Shown: positions 8,294-15,595 of the stretch, one piece after another | How the letters are laid out: every line of letters begins with the position of its first letter | How positions within the stretch are numbered: the stretch's first letter is position 1 | Assembly (NCBI GenBank): GCA_031414955.1 | Contig: JANOQV010000248.1 | Span: 1 to 19,885 of the forward strand | Source of the DNA: Pedosphaera sp. | Lineage (GTDB): Bacteria > Verrucomicrobiota > Verrucomicrobiia > Limisphaerales > SIBH01 | DNA length: 19,885 nt | Direction: 5' to 3' | Made by a program: the position numbers and the translations under genes | Notes under the pieces: model-generated | What the model was told of the DNA's origin: nothing | Seen by the model: only the letters and a program-made list of their open reading frames with translations | Databases searched by the model: none

Positions 8294-9381
8294 TTCGAGC
8301 GCGCGCAGCGGAAGCCCAGGTGCGAAAGACCGGTGTCCAGCGCGCCCTTGCCGCGCGCGCTCGGACGGTAGCCTTTGCAGTAAACGTCGGCGCACAGAAA
8401 GGAGCCGCCGCGCTGCACCTTCTTCGGCGTCTGCGGCTCGTTTGGATCGAGGCTCGATTCCGGCCCGACGGGATTCTGCTTCGGGCTTTGGATGTAATAG
8501 TCGGCGCGATACCAGTCGGCGCACCATTCCCAGACGTTGCCCGCCGTGTCGTGGAGACCGTAGCCGTTCGCTGGATAGGAGGCCACCGGTGCGGTGACGC
8601 GAAAACCATCGGCGCTGGAATTGATCACCGGAAATTCCCCCTGCCAGATGTTCGCGCGCCATTTGCTCGCGTCCACGATGTCCGCCTCGACCTTGGGCAG
8701 TTTGTCCGCGCCGCCGCGCGCCGCCCATTCCCACTCCGCCTCCGTGGGCAAACGCTTCCGCGCCCACTGGCAGTAGGCGATGGCGTCATCCCAGCCGACA
8801 TGCACCACCGGATGCTTCTCGCGGCCCGCGACATCGGAACCGGGACCTTCGGGGTGACGCCAGTTCGCGCCCGGCGTCCACTTCCACCAGATAAAATGAT
8901 TCTCCAATGACACCGGATCGCGAGGTGGGTTGAAACAGACTGAGCCGGGAACCAGCATCTCCGGCGGAGCACCGGGAAAATCCTTCGGGTCGGGCTTGCG
9001 CTCGGCAATGGTGACGTATCGCGTCTCGCGGACGAATTTCTCGAACTGCTCGTTGGTGACCTCCGTGGCGTCGATCCAGAATCCGTCCACGCTGACCTCG
9101 TGCGGCGGCTGCTCATCAGGCTGCCCCTCCGTTGAGCCCATGATGAACTTGCCCGCAGGAATCCAAACCATGCCGTTGGTCCAACTCGGGGCAGCGGATG
9201 GATTGTTTGCATCGCGCCGAATCACCGGGTCGGGGGCGCCGAGCAGCGCGGGCCGGCGACGCGGCCGGTTGTCACGGCCCATCCAGAAGATGGTGCTCAA
9301 CGTGATGACGATTAAAATGCCAGCCACCGCGACCGGGAACACCCAGCGCGGCACTTCGTGCGGATTACGCTCTTCAGCCAT
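8290..9381 (-). CDS. Formylglycine-generating enzyme (FGE/SUMF1) family protein with N-terminal membrane anchor
   Basis: MVWIPAGKFIMGS, EVTNEQF, HPVVHVGWDDA, RLPTEAEWEWAARGG, NGYGLHDTAGNVWEW, RGGSFLCADVYC and HLGFRC; hydrophobic segment at residues ~13-33. Confidence 0.92.
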   Translation of the reverse strand: MAEERNPHEVPRWVFPVAVAGILIVITLSTIFWMGRDNRPRRRPALLGAPDPVIRRDANNPSAAPSWTNGMVWIPAGKFIMGSTEGQPDEQPPHEVSVDGFWIDATEVTNEQFEKFVRETRYVTIAERKPDPKDFPGAPPEMLVPGSVCFNPPRDPVSLENHFIWWKWTPGANWRHPEGPGSDVAGREKHPVVHVGWDDAIAYCQWARKRLPTEAEWEWAARGGADKLPKVEADIVDASKWRANIWQGEFPVINSSADGFRVTAPVASYPANGYGLHDTAGNVWEWCADWYRADYYIQSPKQNPVGPESSLDPNEPQTPKKVQRGGSFLCADVYCKGYRPSARGKGALDTGLSHLGFRCARSK

Positions 9382-9487
9382 GACATGGCGACACTATTGG
9401 ATGAATAAGGCGGGCGGAAGAGCGGAGTGCGGCGCGGACGATCATGGGGGCACAGTTCGAGGACGTGTCGCCAAAGGGCTCGGAGGA

Positions 9488-9571
9488 GCGGACCGCCAAG
9501 TCCGCTGTTTCCATCTCCACCAAGGTTGCGGGCAATCCCGCCTTGGGCGGACGGCGGACTCGGCGGTCCGC
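9488..9571. repeat. REP-like doublet, family E (GCGGAC...GTCCGC)
   Basis: GCGGACCGCCAAGTCCGCTGT (9488-9508) versus the reverse complement of 9551-9571: 19/21. Each arm is an internal GCGGAC-N6-GTCCGC hairpin; lies between divergent genes. Confidence 0.75.
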
Positions 9572-9673
9572 CACGCCTGGGGCTGGGCAACACACTCTTG
9601 TGATGCTGGCCGTTCACTCCGCTCTCCACGTTTCTTCTTCACGAAGCCGGGCGCTCGCGTAATCTCGCCGGGC

Positions 9674-10498
9674 ATGAAGCTCGGCATCATCAACTCCGCC
9701 TTCCAGCAGGTCGGCATCGACACCGCCACCGGCCTGAAGCACGTCGCGCGCATCGGCTTCGATTGTGTGGATGTGTTCACCGAGGCGGTGAACATCTCGA
9801 AGAAGGAAGTCAGCCTCGTCGGCCGCACCTCGGAAAAGCTCGGCCTGCCCATCGTCTCGCTGCCGGTGGTGTCCGTCGGCCTCGTCGATTTCAGCGAGCC
9901 GGTGCGCGAGTTTCATATCGAACGCACGAAGAAATTCATCGACCTCGCCACCCAGTGGAGCGCGAAGAATGTGCTGCTCGTCCTCGGCGAATACATCTGG
10001 CAACGAGAAGTGATTCCGCCGCAGGCGCAATGGCAGTGGGGTTTGGAAACCTGCCGGCGATTAGGCGATTACGCCGCGAAGAAGAAGATCGATATCGCGC
10101 TCGAACTGGAGCCGTTCCGCCTCAGCCTCCTGAACAGCGTCGATGCGATGGTTCGATTCGTCGATGAATGTGACCACCCGCAGGTCCGGGCCAACATCGA
10201 CATAAGCCATCTCGTGCTCTCCGACACTTCGCCTGCCGAGGTGCGAAAGCTCAAAGGCCGGGCCATTCACGTCCATCTGAGCGATTGCGACGGTAAAGTT
10301 CATGGCGATCTGCCGCCCGGTCGCGGCGTGGTGAAGTTCGCGCCCTTCCTTCAGGCCATCAAGGAACTGAAGATCCCGGACGGCGTTGTTTCCATCGAAC
10401 TCGAATACGCGCCGGACCCGAAGAAGATCGTCGAATGGGTCGAGGAAGCGTATCGCGAGACGACGAAGCTGATGAAGCTCGCTGGAATGCGAGGCTGA
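9674..10498 (+). CDS. Sugar phosphate isomerase/epimerase (D-tagatose/D-psicose 3-epimerase-like TIM barrel)
   Basis: Start MKLGIINSAF at 9674. Motifs IALELEP, ANIDISH, HVHLSD, PGRG and VSIELE. Confidence 0.88.
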   Translation: MKLGIINSAFQQVGIDTATGLKHVARIGFDCVDVFTEAVNISKKEVSLVGRTSEKLGLPIVSLPVVSVGLVDFSEPVREFHIERTKKFIDLATQWSAKNVLLVLGEYIWQREVIPPQAQWQWGLETCRRLGDYAAKKKIDIALELEPFRLSLLNSVDAMVRFVDECDHPQVRANIDISHLVLSDTSPAEVRKLKGRAIHVHLSDCDGKVHGDLPPGRGVVKFAPFLQAIKELKIPDGVVSIELEYAPDPKKIVEWVEEAYRETTKLMKLAGMRG

Positions 10499-10500
10499 TT

Positions 10501-10528
10501 TCCAATCTGCAATCCGAAATTTGAAATT
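10501..10528. repeat. Degenerate tandem heptamer repeat
   Basis: TCCAATC TGCAATC CGAAATT TGAAATT fills the gap before pdxH. Confidence 0.55.
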
Positions 10529-10530
10529 CC

Positions 10531-11169
10531 ATGAATTTTGCTGACCTTCGCCGTGAATACACCGCGGGCGGGCTGCGCCGCGCGGACCTGAATCCGAATC
10601 CCATCGCTCAGTTCCAGAAATGGTTCGACGAGGCGTTGAAGGCCGAACTCATCGAACCCAGCGCCATGACCCTCGCCACGGCGGACGCGGATGGCGCTCC
10701 CTCCTCGCGCATCGTGCTGCTCAAGGGCGCGGAGGAGCGCGGCTTCATGTTCTTCACCAACTACGAGAGCCGCAAAGGCCGCGAACTGGCCGGGAATCCG
10801 CGCGCCGCGCTCACCCTCTTCTGGCCCGAGTTGGAGCGCGAAATCTGCATCGCCGGCACCGTAAGCAAGACCACTCGCGCCGACTCGGATAAATACTTCG
10901 CCATGCGGCCGCGCGGCGCGCAACTCGGCGCGTGGGTCTCGAAGCAAAGCACCGTGGTGCCGGATCGGGCTTTCCTCGAGACGCGGCTGGCGGATGTGGA
11001 AAAGCAGTTCGCCAACCGCGACGTGGAGACGCCGCCTTACTGGGGCGGCTATCTGCTCACTCCGACGCGCATCGAGTTTTGGCAGGGACGCCCGAATCGC
11101 CTCCATGACCGCTTTCAATACTTGAAGCAACCTGACGGTTCGTGGCGCATCGAGCGGCTGTCGCCATAA
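10531..11169 (+). CDS. pdxH: Pyridoxamine 5'-phosphate oxidase
   Basis: DLRREY, EPSAMTLATA, SRIVLLK, FFTNYESRKG, YFAMRPRG, PPYWGGY, EFWQGRPNRLHDRFQY and ERLSP. Confidence 0.96.
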   Translation: MNFADLRREYTAGGLRRADLNPNPIAQFQKWFDEALKAELIEPSAMTLATADADGAPSSRIVLLKGAEERGFMFFTNYESRKGRELAGNPRAALTLFWPELEREICIAGTVSKTTRADSDKYFAMRPRGAQLGAWVSKQSTVVPDRAFLETRLADVEKQFANRDVETPPYWGGYLLTPTRIEFWQGRPNRLHDRFQYLKQPDGSWRIERLSP

Positions 11170-11242
11170 CGTGCCCCCGGCATCTGGCCGGCTTCCTGGC
11201 TTGAGCACGCGAAGACCCGGCAGGATGCCGGGGGCACGCTAC
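11170..11242. repeat. REP-like doublet, family A, with GTAG end
   Basis: CGTGCCCCCGGCATC (11170-11184) is inverted at 11224-11238 and followed by CTAC (GTAG on minus). It fills the whole pdxH/mtnP convergent gap and could serve as a bidirectional terminator or stabiliser. Confidence 0.85.
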
Positions 11243-12105
11243 AGATACTTCGCCAGCAATGGCGCGAGTTCCTTCTTCGTCTTCGCCGGCCACAGCTTCT
11301 TGTCGGTCATGATGCTGTGGTGCAGCGCGGAATGGCACGGCCAGTTTGGTTCGCTGGGAATGAGCGGCACCGTCGCGGCGACAATTTTCTTCGCCATCTC
11401 GGCATTGCGGCGCAGACAGTCGAGCACGATCTCGACAGTCACATGCGCTTCATCTGTCTTCCAGCAATCGTAGTCGGTGATCATCGCCATGTTCGAGTAG
11501 GCGATCTCGGCTTCGCGCGCGCATTTGGCCTCGCCGAGGTTGGTCATGCCGATCACGTCGAAGCCGCCCTGGTGATTCGCCAGCGACTCGGCGCGCGTGC
11601 TGAAGGCGGGGCCTTCCATATTCACGTAGGTGCCGCCGTCGTGAACCTTCGCGCCCAGTTTGCGTCCGTTGCGCCGCAGCAATTGCCGCAACTCCTCGCA
11701 AATTGGGTCGGCGAACGCCACATGCGCCACAATCCCGCGTCCGAAGAAGGTGTGCTCGAAGGAACGCTTGGTGCGGTCGAGGAACTGGTTGGGCAGCACG
11801 ATGTCGCACGGTTTGTATTTCGCCTGGAGGGAGCCGACGGCGCTGACGCTGATGATCCACTGCACCCCGAGCTTCTTCATGGCCCAAATGTTGGCGCGGT
11901 GATTCAACTCGCTGGGAGTGATGCGATGACCGCGCGCGTGCCGCGGCAGGAACACAACCTCGCGTCCGCCGAGCCGGCCGGTGAGCAACTGGTCGGAAGG
12001 CGCGCCAAAAGGCGTCTTGACCGTGACCCACTTCTGATTGGTGAAACCTTCGATATGATAAAGCCCGCTCCCACCAATGATTCCAATGCGATGCCGTGAT
12101 TTCAT
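11239..12105 (-). CDS. mtnP: S-methyl-5'-thioadenosine phosphorylase
   Basis: IGIIGGSGLY, TPFGAPSD, FLPRHARGH, RANIWAMK, SAVGSL, MEGPAFSTRAES, IGMTNLGEAKCAREAEI and TDYDCW. Start ATG 12105. Confidence 0.94.
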   Translation of the reverse strand: MKSRHRIGIIGGSGLYHIEGFTNQKWVTVKTPFGAPSDQLLTGRLGGREVVFLPRHARGHRITPSELNHRANIWAMKKLGVQWIISVSAVGSLQAKYKPCDIVLPNQFLDRTKRSFEHTFFGRGIVAHVAFADPICEELRQLLRRNGRKLGAKVHDGGTYVNMEGPAFSTRAESLANHQGGFDVIGMTNLGEAKCAREAEIAYSNMAMITDYDCWKTDEAHVTVEIVLDCLRRNAEMAKKIVAATVPLIPSEPNWPCHSALHHSIMTDKKLWPAKTKKELAPLLAKYL

Positions 12106-12280
12106 GCGGGCGGGACTGTGCCGAGCGTGGATGATGCGCTCAAGCGGGAAACGGCCGGATCGACAGTCTCGGACGCATCTGGGAAGCACCACCGTGGTTC
12201 AGTCTGACACAGCGACGCTGAAAGTGTCGTGACCTGCCGGCTGGAAAGCGTGGCGAGGTAATGGCGGGCCGGGCGCACAA

Positions 12281-12327
12281 GTGGCGCCGACATTCTTGTC
12301 GGCAGGTGGCGAGACTTTCCAGTCTCG
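12281..12327. repeat. REP-like double hairpin
   Basis: GTGGC-GCCGACA-TTCT-TGTCGGC followed by CGAGAC-TTTCCA-GTCTCG in the divergent intergenic region; no intact partner arm seen. Confidence 0.5.
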
Positions 12328-12420
12328 ACGTCGTGGGCCGGCCAGAATGCGCCCGCATTTTGCGACTCTCCCCACTTGCTCCGCAGCCTGGCAAAGGGCC
12401 AGCCTGCTCCGACGAAAATC

Positions 12421-12786
12421 ATGAACTGGAAACGAATACTGGAACTGGCGCAGGCCGAGGTCGCGCAGACCGTTGCCGAGCTGCCGGCAGACTTGCGCAC
12501 GCGCGCGGCGGCGCTGCCTGTGACTTATGAGCGTGTGCCCAATCGCGCGCTGATGGACGATGGCATCGAACCGGACACGCTCGGCCTGTTTGTCGGCGGC
12601 GACTTCGTTCACGAAGAACACGTCCCCATGCCGGCGCAGATTATCCTCTACCTCCAGAATATCTGGGACATGGTCGAGGGCGACGAGGATGGGTTCCTCG
12701 ACGAAGTTCATATCACCTTCATCCACGAACTCGGCCATTACCTCGGACTGGACGAGGACGAGTTGGATGAACGCGGCCTGCTCTGA
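12421..12786 (+). CDS. Zincin-like metallopeptidase (DUF1025/Zincin_1 type)
   Basis: 121 aa; TLGLFVG, PAQIILY and the HExxH motif in TFIHELGHYLGLDEDEL. Confidence 0.85.
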   Translation: MNWKRILELAQAEVAQTVAELPADLRTRAAALPVTYERVPNRALMDDGIEPDTLGLFVGGDFVHEEHVPMPAQIILYLQNIWDMVEGDEDGFLDEVHITFIHELGHYLGLDEDELDERGLL

Positions 12787-12864
12787 TCAGGGTGATACTC
12801 GCTTGCCCGGCGAGCCAACAAAACGCTTTTCGCCCCGCATGAATGCTTTTACTTTCCGCGCCGC

Positions 12865-13683
12865 ATGAATCTTGAAGACAATCTGGGCGACGTCATCCGC
12901 AAGGCTCGCATGGCCTCGAATGTAACGCCGGAAGCAGCGGCCAAGGCCGCGGGCCTTTCTGTGGACGAACTTTCCGCCATCGAACAGTCCGGCACGCCCA
13001 ATCCCAAGACCAACTATCCTGCACTGGCCCAGGCCCTCGCCCTCAGCGCACTCAAACTCGAAGCCATCGCCAAGGGCTGGTGCCCCGCGCCCAAGGACAC
13101 GAGCGTCTGGCGCGAGTTCCGAATGGTCACCACCGACAAGGGCATGGCCGTGAATTGTTATCTGGTCTGGGACGAGGTTTCGCGAGAGGCCGCGCTCTTC
13201 GACACCGGTTGGGACGCAGAACCGATTTTCAAAATCATCGACGAGGAGAAGCTACAGTTGAAGCACCTCTTTATCACCCACACCCACGAGGATCACATCG
13301 CAGCAATGGGGGCGATTCGGGAGCGCTATCCGAAAATTTTTATTCACACCGACGCCAAGTCCTCGCCGCCGCAGCACAAGAACCGCCGCAATGACTGCAT
13401 CCATCTCGGCAGCCTGCGCATCACCAATCGCGAGACGTGCGGACATGCAGACGATCACGTCATCTACCTGATCGGAAATTTCCCCGAAGACGTGCCCCAT
13501 GTGGCCATCATCGGCGACACCATTTTCTCCGGCTCGCTGGCCACGGGCAAAATTTCCTGGGACATGCTGAAGCAAAAGGTGCGTTCAGAGATTTTCTCCC
13601 TGCCTTCGGACACGCTCCTCTGTCCCGGGCACGGCCCGCTCACCAGCGTGGCCGAGGAAAAGGCGCACAATCCGTTCTTCTGA
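12865..13683 (+). CDS. MBL-fold metallo-hydrolase (glyoxalase II-like) with N-terminal XRE-like helix-turn-helix
   Basis: VNCYLVW, FDTG, THTHEDH, GHADDH, GDTIF, PGHGP and EKAHNPF. N-terminal LGDVIRKAR...TPEAAAKAAGLSVDELSAIEQ resembles an XRE HTH. Confidence 0.88.
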   Translation: MNLEDNLGDVIRKARMASNVTPEAAAKAAGLSVDELSAIEQSGTPNPKTNYPALAQALALSALKLEAIAKGWCPAPKDTSVWREFRMVTTDKGMAVNCYLVWDEVSREAALFDTGWDAEPIFKIIDEEKLQLKHLFITHTHEDHIAAMGAIRERYPKIFIHTDAKSSPPQHKNRRNDCIHLGSLRITNRETCGHADDHVIYLIGNFPEDVPHVAIIGDTIFSGSLATGKISWDMLKQKVRSEIFSLPSDTLLCPGHGPLTSVAEEKAHNPFF

Positions 13684-13773
13684 TCCAAACCAAGGGTCGG
13701 CGGGCATGATGTCAGCCGGACCGTTCACACCTGCAGTTCCTTCCACGCTCGCGGTGGAAAATGAAAACAGTTC

Positions 13774-13802
13774 TTGTGTCAGCGGAGAACGACGCCTAAT
13801 TT
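13774..13802 (+). promoter_or_regulatory. Putative tRNA promoter
   Basis: TTGTGT, 17 bp spacer, TAATTT ending 11 nt before the tRNA. Confidence 0.45.
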
Positions 13803-13813
13803 TCGCTCCGTAT

Positions 13814-13890
<77 letters not shown>

Positions 13891-13894
13891 ATTT

Positions 13895-13930
13895 ACGGCC
13901 CTGAGACGAAGGTTTCAGGGCCGTTTTTGT
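13895..13930 (+). terminator. Intrinsic terminator after the tRNA
   Basis: ACGGCCCTGAGAC-GAAG-GTTTCAGGGCCGT hairpin followed by TTTTGT. Confidence 0.8.
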
Positions 13931-14007
13931 TGGGCTATTTGCACATCTACCCTTCCGCAGCCTTTTTTCTGAAACAAGGCGGACATCGTGAAAAACGGGG
14001 GGCAAAA

Positions 14008-14040
14008 ACCAACCAAACCACCAACCAACCAACACCAACC
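14008..14040. repeat. ACCAACC(A) direct repeats; candidate integrase arm-type sites
   Basis: ACCAACCA at 14008 and 14020 (12-bp period); further ACCAACC at 14024 and 14034; ~120 bp from the tRNA 3' end. Confidence 0.45.
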
Positions 14041-14160
14041 GCAGAGTAGCTGAAAGCCTGTGAGCGGTGAGTGGAAGGACGGTTTTTCTGATCCGCGCGC
14101 CTCGCGGATGCTGCGAATTTCGTGCGTGCAGTCTCCGAGTGCAGCCGTGTTCCGATCCAC

Positions 14161-14627
14161 CGCGCGTAGGCCGCGCTTGCTCGCGACAGTGATCACGCCG
14201 TGGTTGATTTGAATGGCAACGAGCCGCGTATTGAGTGCATCGCGCTCAGTGGTGACGGCGGAAAGCTGTTTGTCGAAATCGCCCTTGAGCGCCTTCGCGC
14301 GACTCTCCAGCACCTTCTCGGTTTTCTCCCTCTCTGCGTTGGGGAGAGGGCCGGGGTGAGCTGAACCATTCAACAGCGCGGCCTCTTCGAGCTTCTGCTT
14401 CTCCGCCGCGAGGTGCGCACTTGATCAGGTTCGAGACCGTCGTAGCGTTGCTTCAACTCATCACGCTCTTTGAGCAGCGCCACGTTGCTGGTGCGAAACT
14501 CATCGAGCTTCGCCTTCTCGACGGCACCCTCGACATCGAAAAGCCACGCGCCGTCGCGTTCGGTGTAAAGGGACAGATGCTCCGCCGGAACCTCGTCCTT
14601 CGACTTGGTTTTGAATTTCAGTGCCAT
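14161..14627 (-). pseudogene. Phage head scaffolding-like protein, frameshifted and 3'-truncated
   Basis: MALKFKTKSKDEVPAEHLSLYTERDGAWLFDVEG...EFRTSNVALLKE... resembles scaffold proteins encoded downstream of DUF4055 portals (family recalled, not searched). One base is missing at ~14412-14414; the coiled coil continues in the next frame (LAAEKQKLEEA...ERDALNTRLVAIQINHGV...KRGLR). Confidence 0.65.
14324..14360. repeat. Single arm of repeat family C inside the scaffold pseudogene
   Basis: GGGGAGAGGGCCGGGGTGAG (14341-14360) is identical to 5621-5640, and TTCTCCCTCTC (14324-14334) is identical to 5602-5612. Confidence 0.85.
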
Positions 14628-14872
14628 GCTGGTTTGTGCGTTTTGCGCACCCACCATTTTGCATGAAGTTTTTGCGCAGAGCCTTGGCGCGGGAGCAAGC
14701 GGCCAAACATTTCGGGACTATGCGGGGAGCGAGAACCGAGGTTCAGGCACGAAGGGGTAAAGATTTTTTGAAAAAGATTTGACGAGGATCAGCGAGGCTT
14801 GCCGCCCGGCCCTTCGATCTTGTTGACCAACAGGTTGACTTACGGTTGACCAATCTTCTTTCGCCCTCCGTG

Positions 14873-14912
14873 TTGACAGATCGGTCATTGTGTCACATGA
14901 TTGTGTCACATG
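14873..14912 (+). promoter_or_regulatory. TA promoter with tandem palindromic operator
   Basis: TTGACA (14873-14878), 17 bp spacer, CATGAT (14896-14901). ATTGTGTCACATG occurs twice (14887-14899, 14900-14912), each with the palindrome TGTG-T-CACA, overlapping the -10 and the ATG. Confidence 0.75.
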
Positions 14913-15164
14913 AAAACAGCCACCATCCGGCAGGTGCGGCACGACTTCAGCACCGTCCTTGATTGGGTCGGCGACGGTGAACAGGTCGAGATCAGCAAGC
15001 GCGGCAAGATTGTCGCGCTGCTTTCGCCCCCGCTGGCCGTCAAGCCGCCCCGCGCCCGCACGCGCCCGGACCTCGCGGCGCGTTTGAAACTGCGCGACGG
15101 CGGCCACGTCATCGCAGCCCGCGCCATGAAAGATATCCTCGACGACAACAAGGGCGTGCATTGA
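14910..15164 (+). CDS. Phd/YefM family antitoxin
   Basis: 84 aa; MKTATIRQVRHDFSTVLDWVGDGEQVEISKRGKIVALLSP is the Phd/YefM N-terminal pattern; overlaps the toxin start (TTGA). Confidence 0.88.
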   Translation: MKTATIRQVRHDFSTVLDWVGDGEQVEISKRGKIVALLSPPLAVKPPRARTRPDLAARLKLRDGGHVIAARAMKDILDDNKGVH

Positions 15165-15595
15165 AAGCCTACGCTGACACCAGCTTTCTGGTGCGCCTGT
15201 ACCTCACGCAGTCCGACTCGCAGAAGGCTCTCGCCTTCATGCGCGACTTTCGCGACCCTCTGCCCTTCACGCCACTGCACCGGCACGAGCTGCGCAACGC
15301 CCTTCGGCTCGCCGTCTTCCGCAAGGAGATCGACGCCGAGCGCCGCAAGGCCGCTTTTCTGGACATCGAATCCGACTTGGAGGATGGCATCCTCGCGCAT
15401 GTGCCGATCGCGTGGACCAATGCTTTTCGCGAAGCCGAGCAGTTGGGGAACGATCACACGGAGGTGATGGGAGTGCGCGGCGTGGACTTGCTCCATGTCG
15501 GCGTCGCCCGGACGCTCGGCCTGAAAGAGTTCCTGACCTTTGACACGCGCCAGGCCGAATTCGCCAAAGCCGCCGGCTTCAAGGTGAAGTTTTAG
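15161..15595 (+). CDS. PIN-domain (VapC-like) toxin
   Basis: 144 aa, TTG start; PIN acidic residues in YADTSFL, HELRNAL, GVDLLHV and FLTFDTRQ. Confidence 0.9.
   Translation: MKAYADTSFLVRLYLTQSDSQKALAFMRDFRDPLPFTPLHRHELRNALRLAVFRKEIDAERRKAAFLDIESDLEDGILAHVPIAWTNAFREAEQLGNDHTEVMGVRGVDLLHVGVARTLGLKEFLTFDTRQAEFAKAAGFKVKF

Noticed and set aside
8294..8767. N-terminal extension of the aminotransferase ORF (7448-8767)
   Set aside because: Alternative frame of the FGE gene; family similarity begins at MIVFLNG (8293) with an ATGA overlap.
8930..9673. N-terminal 248 aa of the 522-aa ORF 8930-10498
   Set aside because: Overlaps the FGE gene antisense and a REP doublet; the recognisable protein starts at ATG 9674.
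313..12099. Long antisense ORFs (313-1386, 2747-3649, 5057-6292, 7436-8371, 10351-11208, 11317-12099)
   Set aside because: All mirror well-supported genes on the other strand and lack motifs.
13915..14373. 152-aa ORF as an independent gene
   Set aside because: It is the frameshifted continuation of the scaffold gene running on into non-coding att/terminator sequence.
14631..14680. Repeated TTTTGCGCA-like words upstream of the scaffold gene
   Set aside because: Only two exact copies with irregular spacing; cannot be told from chance without homologues.
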